DNA of 64,000 nt from Candidatus Hodarchaeota archaeon (GCA_048887225.1 JBHLJY010000007.1:1-64000); one strand, 5' to 3'. Positions 1 to 11,800 are shown, numbered from the stretch's first letter. Numbers and translations are program-made. Notes: generated by a model not told the origin, from the sequence alone.

Positions 1-140
1 AAAATTAAGGTCAAAATCCAAGGCACTACGATTGCAATTGCTATTGAAATTATCGTTTTATAATAGCGCTTTAAATTATGAATTACCTTTTCCGTAATTT
101 CTTTTAACGAATCAGGATATTTATATTTGAATTTTCCCAT
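1..140 (-). CDS. N-terminus of a membrane/secreted protein, runs off the window edge (not in ORF track)
   Basis: ATG at 140, 6 nt after the stop of the 874-aa gene; reads MGKFKYKYPDSLKEITEKVIHNLKRYYKTIISIAIAIVVPWILTLI..., a basic stretch then a hydrophobic segment, open to the edge. Confidence 0.7.
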   Translation of the reverse strand, partial: MGKFKYKYPDSLKEITEKVIHNLKRYYKTIISIAIAIVVPWILTLI

Positions 141-146
141 TTACTC

Positions 147-2771
147 TCACCGTGATTTTATTTTTGTGTATTTTTTTTTTATTTTTTCTACTTTTTTTCT
201 TGTTCTGTACCTTCGCACTTGAAGTATGATTGCGAGAGCCGCAACCGCTCCTAAAGGAATGTAAACCATTAAAGCTCCTAGAGTTTGAGTGTAAGGATAG
301 ATCTCCTCTGCTGTGAAAGGTTCCACATCAAATTCATCCATTTCAACGCCAAACAATTCACAAAGTCTTTCGTGAGGAATACGGTCACCAAGATATTCTA
401 AAAATGTCGCTGCACCAATCACATGATGATTTGGCGCCTTACCATAATCATATTCATACGTACCATTTGTTGCCACTAAATTTATAAAGTTCCAACCACT
501 CGTACGACCCCGACGCATTTCCCCCAAATCGACGGAAAAATCTGGTATTATGGGATCAGCAGTTTCCACAGGTGTCGTAACCATTCCAGAGCCTTGATAT
601 ATAGCAGCAAGTGGACCCATGGGACTTCCACCAAAGAATCTTGTCATTTTCACTTGACCGCCGGTGGCAGTTCCTACCTTTCGACCATGTGTAATGTATT
701 GATGGATATCATAAGAACTCGCCGAATAGCCAAATATATAATCGATATAAACACCTACTCCTTCAGTTCCGTTATATGTAAAGTTCATTTGATAAATTGC
801 TCCTAAATTAAATCCTGTATCTTGCGTAAACTCATTTAGGTGTAATGTGATTTCTTGCCACGTTGTAGGCGCTGTTTCTTCGAAAGATATTTGCTTGGAA
901 GTCATTTCACGTCCATTATTATCAAGGAGAGTAACTGAAAGATTGCCATTTAGGGTTGTGTAGTTATCATAGTCAATGTAAAAACTTACGAGATCATTTT
1001 TTGAAAGATCTCTTGGAGCGCTACTAAAATCACCACTTAGATTCGCTGGCGCCGATAGGGTCCATAGTAAAGATTTTCCATCTTCATTAGGGATCCGTTC
1101 GCCATTAATCTTCACCCGATTACTCCCCTCGTCAACAACTGTCCCAGAAGGACTCGAACTCCATTCTGGTATTGATCCTTCTATATCATCAATTACCGTA
1201 ATCTCGCTGAATCTATCCCTAGCATTTTCGACTAATAATGTTGCGTCTCCTTTTGTTGGTAAAAAGATATTTTCAACTATATAAGCAAAAAAATCTTTAA
1301 ATGATACTCCTAAAAGATCTAGCAAATAACCGGTTGCTACTCCAGAATCAGCCAATAACTCTGATGCTTTATTAGTATAGACAAGAAGCATTCCAATCCC
1401 ATAGATCTCGTCAACATCATGTTCATAAAGAAATTTAGAAATTTGGTCTATATTCGCCATATATGTATCTGAAATTATTCCCCTAGTTTTCTGAAAATGA
1501 TCTATGCTAACCCCATTTAATTCAAGATAATCCATGAACCTTTGTGTTGAACTTTTTTCATCTATTTTATTAAATTTTTGAGTAAATTCAGGTAATTCTC
1601 CGCTTCCAGGAACTACATATGAATAGGTTTGCGACCAAACCCAATTTCCTTTATCCACATGATCGACATTAGCAGCATAGTCCTCTAAATAGACTTTAAA
1701 GAGAACCTGTGTGCCTGCTGGAAAGGGAGGGATCTCTCCTTCATATGTCTCTTCTTGTAATGTTGAGCTTATTGGAAAAGAACCTGGGAATAAAGTTCCG
1801 ACATATTCGCTCCACCATGCTGGTCCCTTCAATAAAGCTGTATCCCATGAGGCACCACCGTCAATGGAATAATATATATAAGTGCTATTAGAAATTCCAG
1901 TCCCCTCATCACTACCACCCACACTTATCTTTACTGGTTGATTGGCACTGACGGGAGCTCTAGTTATTGAATGGATAAATGGTGGTGGGCCTCTACTCTG
2001 GCCAGGAAGAACAAAATCCATCTCGATTCCATAGATAATAGGCAGTAATGGCTCACCATTTTGTCCTTCAGCAAGAATATATGCCTCAAATCCTAATGTA
2101 AGATCTAGTTGTATTCCAAGGAGGAAGGCGTTGATGAATGTCTCTGTGAATCTATCATTCTTCATTACTAAATATGCTTCAACAATTTTACGCTCATGTC
2201 CTTTAATCTCATATTCACGACCAATCCACCCCTTCGCAAGGTTATCATCTAAATAATTCAAAGTAAGATTGGCCCTGGGAACGATTATAGTATCATCACC
2301 CCTATTATCAAACTTTAGATCAAGAAGCCATGTAATTTCTGTCCATTCACGAATAGTATATTCAACGACTACAGGAATTTGACCTGAACCTGGCAAGGGA
2401 CTGTTCTCTAATCTTATGATTTTTTCATTGACTCTTACTAATGAATTATAATAATTCTTTGAATTTTTTCCATATATTGCATATTCGCTTTGTAGATATA
2501 TTCCCTCTATATCCCAGATATTATGTTCAACGTCGATTCGGGTGGGATTATAGGAATTAAGGAATTCTACTGTATCTTTTTCGAATTTTTTATCCACAAT
2601 TCTCATGCCTTCCAATTCAACGGCTTCGGGTTTTGATAATACGCTAGTTAGTCTTAAATAAGGTGTTAAATCGCTTATTATCTGTGATCCTAACGTAGGA
2701 ACGACGGTTGCTATGAGTGCTGTAAATATAATTAAATGCGGAGCAAATTTTTTCAATCTTCTTAATCTCAT
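147..2771 (-). CDS. Large cell-surface protein: N-terminal signal/TM, LEA_2-like and Ig-like regions, CBM11/CIA30-like beta-sandwich, C-terminal TM plus Lys-rich tail
   Basis: Hydrophobic N-terminus; LKFDNRGDDTIIVPRANLTLNY (LEA_2-like); YYSIDGGASW...YEGEIPPFPAGTQVLFKVYLEDYAAN (Ig-like); RDLSKNDLVSFYI...WQEITLHLNEF...VYIDYI (CBM-like); TM then RRYRTRKK. Confidence 0.65.
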   Translation of the reverse strand: MRLRRLKKFAPHLIIFTALIATVVPTLGSQIISDLTPYLRLTSVLSKPEAVELEGMRIVDKKFEKDTVEFLNSYNPTRIDVEHNIWDIEGIYLQSEYAIYGKNSKNYYNSLVRVNEKIIRLENSPLPGSGQIPVVVEYTIREWTEITWLLDLKFDNRGDDTIIVPRANLTLNYLDDNLAKGWIGREYEIKGHERKIVEAYLVMKNDRFTETFINAFLLGIQLDLTLGFEAYILAEGQNGEPLLPIIYGIEMDFVLPGQSRGPPPFIHSITRAPVSANQPVKISVGGSDEGTGISNSTYIYYSIDGGASWDTALLKGPAWWSEYVGTLFPGSFPISSTLQEETYEGEIPPFPAGTQVLFKVYLEDYAANVDHVDKGNWVWSQTYSYVVPGSGELPEFTQKFNKIDEKSSTQRFMDYLELNGVSIDHFQKTRGIISDTYMANIDQISKFLYEHDVDEIYGIGMLLVYTNKASELLADSGVATGYLLDLLGVSFKDFFAYIVENIFLPTKGDATLLVENARDRFSEITVIDDIEGSIPEWSSSPSGTVVDEGSNRVKINGERIPNEDGKSLLWTLSAPANLSGDFSSAPRDLSKNDLVSFYIDYDNYTTLNGNLSVTLLDNNGREMTSKQISFEETAPTTWQEITLHLNEFTQDTGFNLGAIYQMNFTYNGTEGVGVYIDYIFGYSASSYDIHQYITHGRKVGTATGGQVKMTRFFGGSPMGPLAAIYQGSGMVTTPVETADPIIPDFSVDLGEMRRGRTSGWNFINLVATNGTYEYDYGKAPNHHVIGAATFLEYLGDRIPHERLCELFGVEMDEFDVEPFTAEEIYPYTQTLGALMVYIPLGAVAALAIILQVRRYRTRKKVEKIKKKYTKIKSR

Positions 2772-5176
2772 TGCTTCTTTATCACCTTTTTTATTTTTTG
2801 TATTAGTTTATTAGGCTTTCTCGTGCCGTTCTTAGATTTTTTAGCTATTTTTTCAGAAGTTAGCTTCTTAAGTGCCTTCTTGTTTTTATGACGGTAGAGC
2901 ACCACAATTGAGAGCGCTCCAAGGAATGCTATGAAGATACCTAATATTGGGACGATTGGAGATGGTTCTTCGAATGTAACCGCAGTCTCTTCATATTCAT
3001 CAGTTTCGACGATATTGCCAGCAACATCAACAATTTTTATATAATAAGTGATTTCAGAGCCCTCTGGTTGTGGAGGGATTTCCCCGTAATACTTTCCATC
3101 CCGTAAAACCATGCTTGTTTCTTTCCAATCACCATCATCAATTGAATAATAAAGAAAGACTTCCTTAACCTCTGCATCCTGTATTCCGGTTGCTATATTA
3201 ATGATTATCTCATAATGCTTGTCAGGATCGTCAGGTTTAATGAATTCTGGCTCAGTATATGTTGGTGGAGTTAAATCATCATTGAATATATTAAATTTTA
3301 CCCCGCCAAATCCGTTATAACGAAGTATACCCTTATAAACGAAAGTTGGTAAGCCATCATTACTTCGTATATAAAAGTTGTTAATTACACCGTATTTAAT
3401 ATCCTGAATTTTTGCATATTTATCACCATTAGGAAAAGGCCCGAGAGAACCTTGCGGGACATAGTCCAAGTCACATAATTGCCAATACATCTGCCAATAA
3501 TAAGAGTCAGTGTCGGGGATTATTAATTCATAACACCCCAGCGCAGGTTTGTATATAACGCGAAAGGGGTTTGTTATGGGGTCCCACGTGAAAGAATTTA
3601 CTGTTACCTCATCCATGATAAAATGGGCCATAAGAAAACCACCCGCAAATCCAACTTTTTTCCAGAATTCAATATTATTCGATGGGCAGGTAGCTTTCAG
3701 CGTGATTTTAGGTTCTGCTGCTTGTTTACCGTAGATTCGTACTAAAAAGGGTCCATCACCGACTTGAAAATGATCCACTTCTTTATCGTTTTGAATAAAT
3801 TTAATGTCAGTAAAAATTGTGAGTCCCAGATCCGTTACAGTGATAAGAACTGTATGCTCTTCAGAGTATCCATCAGCATCAAAAATGGTAATTGTATAAT
3901 TTACAATAACAGAAGCATAATTTTCAATGTCGATTTTTGGTATATTATATCTAATCCAAACAGCTGATTGCCATGCACCGGATTGAACTGTTTCAAATGG
4001 CCCGTTAACTGTTTCATTGCCAATAATAGTATAGTTCGATGGGTTGTTGTCAGTAGCTTTCCACTGTATATAGTACCCAAGAGTTTCATTATTAATGGTT
4101 TGAGGTGATGGAAAAACTGTAATTATTGGAACTTGTATGACTGCGGTAACAATAACAGAATCCCATATTAAGTTTCCATCTGTATCGTTAAAGTATACAG
4201 TAAAATTATAAATATTAGCATCTAAGGCTGGTATATCATATGTGACCGTGCCTGCTTCCCAAGTATCATAATAAGGAATGCCGGGAACCGAAACATTGCA
4301 AGTAACTTTAATAGCATCAGGGTTGTCGTCCCAAACGTCCCAGTCTAATGAAGCTCCAGGAGTCTTTTCATAAATGGTTTTATCTTCTGGAGTATCTATA
4401 AAATGAGGAGTATAGTCCCATTCGACAAATAATTTAGGATAATATTCGGGTTTCCCAAAGTCATAAGACCAAAAAGAAATAGCTTCCGTGACTTCAGTAC
4501 CTTCCCCCGGTCTAATCCATGCTCCAAATATACCATCCCAACCATCGAGAACTATGATTTGCTGTAGCAAATTCGAAAGATCAATAGTTTGAAGGGTTTG
4601 ATTAATGTCTTCAGTACCATCAAGCTCCCAGGTAAGATCACCTATCAGTGGTCTATTCCAAATATTTTCAACAGTGTCGGAAAAATCATTTGTTGAGGAT
4701 TGATTAAATGCACTAATGGAGGTATTAAATCCGGTCCATGGGAAGCCAAAATAAGTAAGATTTGCGACAGTTAGATTAATATAGGCTTTAATGATGCTAG
4801 CGTTGTTTGGAACAGTAATATTCCATCGGAGAATTGTTCCGATGCAAAAAGAAGGGATGCTCATAGAAGCCAATCCCAAAGTTATATTTGTATCAGTATA
4901 ACTGGTTCCAGCAACACCAACACTCCATGCATCGTCCTCAGACTGAGTTATATTGAATGTCTGATTAAATACACCAGCAGGACCTGATAGTTTAGGTAAA
5001 ATGTCGTCCTGGATTGGAGATTTTTGGTCTGGTGTGAGATTTTCCTGAGTTGGAGATTTTTGCTCTGATGTAAAAATGGTCGTGTTATTAAAGTTAGGCA
5101 ACAGCAAAATAGATATCAAAATCGAACCAAGTAAAAGTAAGGAAAGTATTTTATGACTATTCTTTAATTTTCTCAT
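2768..5176 (-). CDS. Cell-surface protein with DNRLRE-like N-terminal domain, Ig-like repeats and C-terminal membrane anchor
   Basis: Signal peptide; SEDDAW...ILRWNITVPNNASIIKAYINLT; repeated W-x2-(W/T)D(D/N)NP...YNFTVYFND/YTITIFDADG units; YYSIDDGDW...GEIPPQPEGSEITYYIKIVDVAGN; TM plus basic tail; many N-x-S/T sequons; overlaps the next gene by 4 nt. Confidence 0.65.
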   Translation of the reverse strand: MRKLKNSHKILSLLLLGSILISILLLPNFNNTTIFTSEQKSPTQENLTPDQKSPIQDDILPKLSGPAGVFNQTFNITQSEDDAWSVGVAGTSYTDTNITLGLASMSIPSFCIGTILRWNITVPNNASIIKAYINLTVANLTYFGFPWTGFNTSISAFNQSSTNDFSDTVENIWNRPLIGDLTWELDGTEDINQTLQTIDLSNLLQQIIVLDGWDGIFGAWIRPGEGTEVTEAISFWSYDFGKPEYYPKLFVEWDYTPHFIDTPEDKTIYEKTPGASLDWDVWDDNPDAIKVTCNVSVPGIPYYDTWEAGTVTYDIPALDANIYNFTVYFNDTDGNLIWDSVIVTAVIQVPIITVFPSPQTINNETLGYYIQWKATDNNPSNYTIIGNETVNGPFETVQSGAWQSAVWIRYNIPKIDIENYASVIVNYTITIFDADGYSEEHTVLITVTDLGLTIFTDIKFIQNDKEVDHFQVGDGPFLVRIYGKQAAEPKITLKATCPSNNIEFWKKVGFAGGFLMAHFIMDEVTVNSFTWDPITNPFRVIYKPALGCYELIIPDTDSYYWQMYWQLCDLDYVPQGSLGPFPNGDKYAKIQDIKYGVINNFYIRSNDGLPTFVYKGILRYNGFGGVKFNIFNDDLTPPTYTEPEFIKPDDPDKHYEIIINIATGIQDAEVKEVFLYYSIDDGDWKETSMVLRDGKYYGEIPPQPEGSEITYYIKIVDVAGNIVETDEYEETAVTFEEPSPIVPILGIFIAFLGALSIVVLYRHKNKKALKKLTSEKIAKKSKNGTRKPNKLIQKIKKVIKKQ

Positions 5177-5999
5177 TTTTTTCGATCCCTCTTTTTTTTT
5201 TTCGGATTTTAATACCTTTTTTTCTCATTACAATGTAAATAATCGTAAGAGCAGCAATAACAATTACAACTACAACTATGATTGGTATTACAATAGCCAT
5301 AACGTCTTCAAGAGCAAATTCTAAGACTACTTCCTCATCTTCATTCATAACCTTATAAGAGGACAAAATGCCCTCCTCGTTGAATGTCATCTCAATTATA
5401 ACATCGTCTCTATGAATTTCAGGATTATACCAACATATTAATTCCTGTCCAAATTTTTCATATAATAACTTATCTTCATCAGTAGCCCACCATTTATACA
5501 ATTCTAAATGAGCCAAATAATCTTCTACGTTAGTTGGAACCCAAGGAACGTAGCTATCCTCAATGGCTTTATCTGTTTCGTGATCCTCTGGATTTGCAAA
5601 CCATGTAAATTCTTCATCTTCATAATCCGCATCTCCAAATTTATCTTTATCTGTCCACATCCAGATATCATATTTGACACTATACGCATCTTCTATAGCT
5701 TGAGTCTTAGTAGATTCCATATTAGCCTCATCATTAACCTCAGTAATTTCCCACTTCATCTTTTTTCCCTCTTCAATGTCCTCAAAAAGCTTATTATCGT
5801 CGTAATGTTTACCCCATGCTTCCTTCATTTTGATTTCATCAAATGTTTTACAAACATAAATGTACTCATTGCCTTCTTTTAATCCAACCTCGTAATCATC
5901 ATCGTCATCATCGTCAGCAATCGCATTATTCGTTGTTATTCCGAGAATTATTGTAGCAAAAAGTAAAAAACTAATGAAAATTAGTTTTGTTTTCATCAC
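5157..5999 (-). CDS. Acidic ectodomain protein with signal peptide and C-terminal TM anchor; paralog of 29444..30115
   Basis: Signal peptide ending NNAIA, poly-Asp, VPTNVEDYL...FNEEGIL motif, strong TM then MRKKGIKIRKKKR; first gene of the minus-strand surface operon. Confidence 0.7.
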   Translation of the reverse strand: MMKTKLIFISFLLFATIILGITTNNAIADDDDDDDYEVGLKEGNEYIYVCKTFDEIKMKEAWGKHYDDNKLFEDIEEGKKMKWEITEVNDEANMESTKTQAIEDAYSVKYDIWMWTDKDKFGDADYEDEEFTWFANPEDHETDKAIEDSYVPWVPTNVEDYLAHLELYKWWATDEDKLLYEKFGQELICWYNPEIHRDDVIIEMTFNEEGILSSYKVMNEDEEVVLEFALEDVMAIVIPIIVVVVIVIAALTIIYIVMRKKGIKIRKKKRGIEKNEKIKE

Positions 6000-6099
6000 T
6001 TTTCAACTTTTTTTTTAATTTTTTTTTAAATTTTTTCGATGATCAAATGTTTGCATTTTGAAACTAATGATCATCAATAATTGAAAAACCCTAAATACT

Positions 6100-6127
6100 C
6101 TATTTAAAAGGATCTGGTAAATTTTTG
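6100..6127 (-). promoter_or_regulatory. Promoter motif (TTACCA element plus TATA box TTTAAATA) of the minus-strand surface operon
   Basis: Reverse complement CAAAAATTTACCAGATCCTTTTAAATAG, 24/28 identical to 8683-8710; about 100 nt upstream of the 5999 start. Confidence 0.55.
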
Positions 6128-6712
6128 CAGTAAAAATTTTTTCAAATATGACTAAAATTAAAAATTTTGAGTTATACTAAATATTGGGATAATTTTTAAG
6201 TCCCATTTGATAGATCTGTTAAAATTTAGTCCTTTATTTTGAATTTTTCCAAAAAGAAGAGAAATTAGATTAATCTAGCATTATAAATTAATATAATGCA
6301 AAATTATGCTTAAGGGTTATTTGGAAATAACTTCCCTATAAGTTTTTACTTTTATAAAAACCTTTAATGGTATTCTTGTTTTTCAAAAAATTTTTTCTTA
6401 TATTTTTAATCAATTTTACATCAGAAATATATACTTAAAATTGAAGATTCTATGTGGGAGAATATCGATTGCCCCGCCCCAAGAAGGAAGAGATGATATA
6501 AAGAGATTTTAGTCCTTAAATCAATCGATTTTAATCTAAATGAAATAATAGAATGAAGCTGATATAGTTTTTCGTCATCAGATGTTAATTCTAAAAACGA
6601 TTCAAAATATTAAATTTTCTCAAAAGAAAAATAATTTGACTCACCCTCTTTTGTTAAATTCTTAATAATAAACAAATTTTTAGATAATGTCTTAAATATT
6701 ATTTGAAAAACG

Positions 6713-7249
6713 ATGTCAATGGATAAATGGTTTACAAAATATAAATCTAAAGAAGAAAAGAATAAAATAGAAGAATTTTTTAAAGTACTTCCAGAAGAAA
6801 AAGTTCAGGAATTGAAGAAAAAATCAGTCCGAGATTTAACCCAGAGGAAAAGGAAAAATAAAGAAATTAAAAACAAACCCGATGATTTTTTAAGCTATGT
6901 AATTGAATTTAAGGATTGGCTAAACAAGAGAACTTATTTAAAAGGTGATATAGATAAGATAGAAACGTGGATAAGAAATTTAAACAAAAAATTAGATGCT
7001 GAAAAAGTTCAAGGTTTATTAGCTAAAAACAATGTAAAATCTCAATTAATTAACCAATTTAGAAAAATTCCGCATAATATTTTGGATGAAAAAACGAGAA
7101 TCGCGATAAATAAAAAAATTCGAGAGGCAAAAAGAAATAGCTCGGATAATTATTATCTAAGGAAATTAAAAACTACGATTCAAGAAAAATTAAAAGAAGC
7201 GAGTTACTACGGAATTTTAAAAAAAATATTAGAATTTAAGGACATATAA
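6713..7249 (+). CDS. Hypothetical basic, helical protein
   Basis: 178-aa ORF with an ATG start and Lys-rich composition; no motif recognised. Confidence 0.7.
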   Translation: MSMDKWFTKYKSKEEKNKIEEFFKVLPEEKVQELKKKSVRDLTQRKRKNKEIKNKPDDFLSYVIEFKDWLNKRTYLKGDIDKIETWIRNLNKKLDAEKVQGLLAKNNVKSQLINQFRKIPHNILDEKTRIAINKKIREAKRNSSDNYYLRKLKTTIQEKLKEASYYGILKKILEFKDI

Positions 7250-7301
7250 AGCCTCAAAATTAAAAATACTTTATATTATATCCATTTTTATTTTATTTAA
7301 T

Positions 7302-8393
7302 ATGTGGTTAATTTGCCCGATTGCTGGAGTTGGAAAACGCCTACAACCCTTTACATATTCTAAGCCGAAAGCTTTTCTTAAAATAGCGGGCAAAAGGTTA
7401 ATAGACCATAACTTAATTAAGTTGAAAAAAACTTTTCCAAAAGGCACGAACATATGTGTTATTGTAGGGTACAAAAAAAGACAAATAACAGAATATTTGA
7501 CTGAGAATTATAGTAATTATTTTAACATATTCTTTGCCGAGCAAAAACCACTTGGATATTCTGGAGATACTCCATATTTTTCTGGTCTCGGTGATGCTAT
7601 TTTATTGGCTAAGGATTTTGTTAAAAATGATGATTGTTTTATTTTTTTAAGCGATAGACTTCCTATGGAAGATTATTCAAATATTCTTCTAAATTTCCAT
7701 AAGGAAGATTGCGACGGGATAATTAATATCAAACAAGTTGATAACCCTCAATTATACGGAGTTGTTCTTTTAGATAAAAATAAAAAATATATAACGAACG
7801 TTGTAGAGAAACCAAAAGAATTTATCTCAAATTATGCTATCTCTGGAGCATATATATTTGGTAAAAGTATGACACCTCGCTTATTTGAATTATTAGAACA
7901 ACAGAGTAAAATTAAGCTTGAAAATGGTCAGGAACATCAAGTTGCACCCGTATTGCAGCAACTTATTGATGAAGGAGTGAAAATCAAATTAAACGAAGTT
8001 GATGCCGAAATAGTAGATTTTGGTAGACCTGAAAGTTTGCTAAAAGGGCATAGGCATTTACTTAATGAAATTAAAATTCAAAATCCTTTATACGAAAATC
8101 TATTTCAATCTGGTAATGTTGTTGATTCTAAGATAGTTCCTCCCGTTTTTATAGGCGAAAAAGTTAAAATTACTGATTCAGTTATAGGACCGAACGTTTC
8201 TATAGGCGACGATGCAATATTAGATAAATGTATTATATCTGAATCGATTATTGGAGACGGAGCACACTTAAAAAAAATTATATCTTCTGATAGTATCATT
8301 GGAGATTATTCAATTTTAGAAGACCTAATCAAGAAAAATATTACAATTGGAGATTCTTCTTATATCACGACGAGTAACATGAAATCTTTTTAA
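7302..8393 (+). CDS. Sugar-1-phosphate nucleotidyltransferase, long form (glucose-1-phosphate thymidylyltransferase-like) with left-handed beta-helix C-terminus
   Basis: AGVGKRLQPFTYSKPKAFL, YGVV, VVEKP, DFGRPESL, hexapeptide repeats (VFIGEKVKITDSVIGPNVSIG). Confidence 0.88.
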   Translation: MWLICPIAGVGKRLQPFTYSKPKAFLKIAGKRLIDHNLIKLKKTFPKGTNICVIVGYKKRQITEYLTENYSNYFNIFFAEQKPLGYSGDTPYFSGLGDAILLAKDFVKNDDCFIFLSDRLPMEDYSNILLNFHKEDCDGIINIKQVDNPQLYGVVLLDKNKKYITNVVEKPKEFISNYAISGAYIFGKSMTPRLFELLEQQSKIKLENGQEHQVAPVLQQLIDEGVKIKLNEVDAEIVDFGRPESLLKGHRHLLNEIKIQNPLYENLFQSGNVVDSKIVPPVFIGEKVKITDSVIGPNVSIGDDAILDKCIISESIIGDGAHLKKIISSDSIIGDYSILEDLIKKNITIGDSSYITTSNMKSF

Positions 8394-8563
8394 TAGTTTA
8401 AAAGGAAAAAATGAAAGGTGCACACAAAATCCGGTGATGGCAAGTAAAAATGAAAGTGGATTGCATCCGAATTTTGCCGATCTAAAATTGAAAAAACAAT
8501 TTATTTTAAAGATCTATAAATTAATTATTTGTTTTGCTTTTTTTTTTACAGAATATTCACTTC

Positions 8564-8710
8564 TTATTAAAGAATCTTACTAAAATTTAGTAGGACTTAT
8601 CATTTTTTGTTTAATTTTTGCTCCAGTTTTTAAAATAGGTTAAGCTATTCAATTAAAATTAAATTTAGAAAATTTGATCCTTCAAAAAATTACCATATGC
8701 ATTTAAATAG
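8564..8710 (+). promoter_or_regulatory. Duplicated 147-bp upstream region, copy 1, ending in a TATA box
   Basis: Colinear and ungapped with 22827-22973; ends TTACCATATGCATTTAAATAG. Confidence 0.7.
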
Positions 8711-8859
8711 GAGAGAGAAAATCTAAATTATAGTTTATCGGTAAATTTGTATATGACTATATGCTTATTTTCCTATTGACATTATTGTGCATGATTGCAA
8801 ATATTGACTAATACAGAATATAATCTCTAAAAAATTTAACAAAAAAAAAAAAACCAAAA

Positions 8860-11800
8860 ATGATTGAAAGATTAAAAAAGCTGTTAAAAAGCAGAAAAAA
8901 AACAATTATTAAGGTTAGTGTACTTATTTATGTGATATTATCAGCATATCTTCTTCAAACAGATGCCATTCTATCTATTTCTCGAGATAAAGGTAAATCC
9001 GATGTAGAAGAGGAATATAATTTCACTCAAATGGGTAATGATCCACCTTTTTACTTTGAAATCAAAGATTTTTTTACAGATAATTTAGATGACTTAATAT
9101 TTCATTCTTCAAGCTCCACTCCGTTTATAGATGAAGAAATAGAGACAGCTGAGATTAATATTAATTGGCTCGATGTTGACGACAATGATACGACTCCATT
9201 TGTTTCAAATGTAGATTTAAGCAGAAGTTTATTAAAAGTTGCATCTTCTATAAACAACGGGCATGATGGAAGTAAAATTCATATTAATGATAATGCCGAA
9301 AATAGTTGGGAATGGGCAATCACTCAAGTTTGGTGCTCAGGTTCTGGTACTGAATCTGATCCTTATGTAATTAAGGACCTTATAATTAATGCTGGTGGTT
9401 CGGGAAGTGGTTTATTAATTGAAAATTCAAATGCGTATTTTAAGATCGAAAATTGTGAGATTTACAATTCAGGTTCATATTGGTATGATGCTGGAATTAA
9501 ATTATACAACACTACTAATGGAGAAATAATCAATAACAACTGTTCGCTAAATGCTAACGGGATATATTTAAAATATAGTAATGGCAATATTGTCTCGGGA
9601 AACCTGGCGAATAATAACAATAAAAAAGGGATATCTTTAGGGATGAGTGAAAACAACTCTATCTCTGGAAACACTGCTATTAACAACAATAAATATGGGA
9701 TATTTTTATCGTATAGTAATAAAAATAATATTTCAAGAAACATCGCAAATTGTCATAGTGATTATGGGATATCTTTATTGTATAGTATGGATAACACCAT
9801 TTCGGGGAATACAGTTAATAATAATTTTTGTGGGATCCATTTAGAGCTTAGTCATTATAATACCATCTCGGGAAACACCGCATACTACAACAATAGGAAT
9901 GAGGATTATGGTGCTATAGGGATACGCTTATACACTAGCAGTTATAATATAATTTCAGGAAATACTGCAAAATACAACACTAGAGGGATATATTTAGGGT
10001 TTGAGAGCAATAATAACACAGTCTCGGGAAATACTGCAAATAACAACATTGTTAGAGGGATAGATTCAGTTAGAAGTATCAATAATTATGTTTTGGGAAA
10101 TACCGCAAATAACAATAATGAAGGTGGGATAAGAGTAAAAGGACATAGTCGCAGCACCATCTCGGGAAACATCGCAACCATCTCGGGAAATATCGCAAAT
10201 AATAACGGTGGTTATGGGATATATTTACAGTTCACTTATAATAACACTGTCTTGGGAAACACCGCAAACGACAATAATGGCTGCGGAATATTTTTACAGA
10301 GTAGTTATAGTAACACTATCTCGGGAAACACCGCAAATAACAATTGTGGTGAGTTTCTTTGGGCAAGTGGAGGTATAACTTTATTTATGAGTGATAGCAA
10401 TACTATTTTGAGAAACACCGCAAACGAAAACAATCGGTATGGGATATTTTTAGAGACTTGTAATAACAACTATCTTTTGGGAAATATCGTAAACGAAAAC
10501 ATTTTTGGGATATATTTATTGTATAATCTTGATAACATCATCTCGGGAACCATTATAAACAAAAATATTGAGTACGGGATAGATTTATATGGAGGTAATA
10601 ACAACTTATTTTATCAAAACTATTTCATTAATAATGGTTTACACGCTCAAGATGGCGGGACAAATACGATATGGGATAATGGAGTTATTGGAAATTATTG
10701 GGATGATTATACCGGTGTGGATGAGGATAATGACAATATCGGAGACACGCCCTACATTAAAAATGGTGTAATCGATAATTACCCAATTATTTGGGACGAC
10801 GGGCAAAATGGACGTAAACTTCATATTGATGATATTGCCTTAAATAACTGGGATTGGGCAAGTAGTCAAGCTTGGTGCTCTGGTTCTGGTACTTATGCTG
10901 ACCCTTATGTAATTGAGAATCTTATAATTGATGGGGGTGATTCGGGAAGTTGTATATTAATTGAAAATTCCAATGCATATTTTAGGATCGAAAATTGTAC
11001 GGTCTACAATTCAGGTTCATATTGGTATGATGCGGGAATTAAATTATACAACACTAATAATGGAGCAATAATTAATAATAGCTGTTCGCTAAATGCTAAC
11101 GGGATTTATTTAAAATATAGTAATGACAATATTGTCTCGGGAAACCTGGCGAATAATAACAATAAAAAAGGGATATTTTTATCGCATAGTGATAACAACA
11201 CCCTCTCGGGAAACATCGCAAATGACAATAACAATTTTAAAGGGGTAGATTTGGATTATAGAAAAGATAACCAAAACAAACTCGAGGACATCCAAGCAAA
11301 TCAAGATGGTGAATTTGGGATATATTTATATTATAGTGATGATAACACCATCTCGGGAAACATAGTTAATAATAACTTTGATGGGATATATTTACATTAT
11401 AGTGATGATAACACCATCTCGAAAAACACCGCATACTACAACAATTGGCATAATAGATATCTTGCTATAGGAATAAGATTATATCATAGCAATAAAAACT
11501 ATATTTCAGGAAATACTGCAAAATACAATTCTAGAGGGATATATTTAGGATTTGATAGCAATCATAACACCGTCTCGGGAAATAATGCAAGTAACAACAT
11601 TAATAGAGGGATTGACGTAGTTTATAGTCTTTATAACAATGTTTCGGGAAATACCGCAAATAGCAATGGCGAAGGTGGAATAAGAGTAAAAGGACAGAGT
11701 CGCAATATCATCTCGGGAAACACCGCAAATCATAACAGTGTTTTTGGGATATGTTTACAGACTAGTTATATTAACACTGTCTCGAGAAACACCGCAAACG

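Noticed and set aside
8439-8478. Possible hairpin GGCAA...GGAT-TGC-ATCC...TTGCC after the nucleotidyltransferase gene
   Set aside because: The stems are short with a large unpaired interior; not distinguishable from chance and no match to an RNA family I recognise
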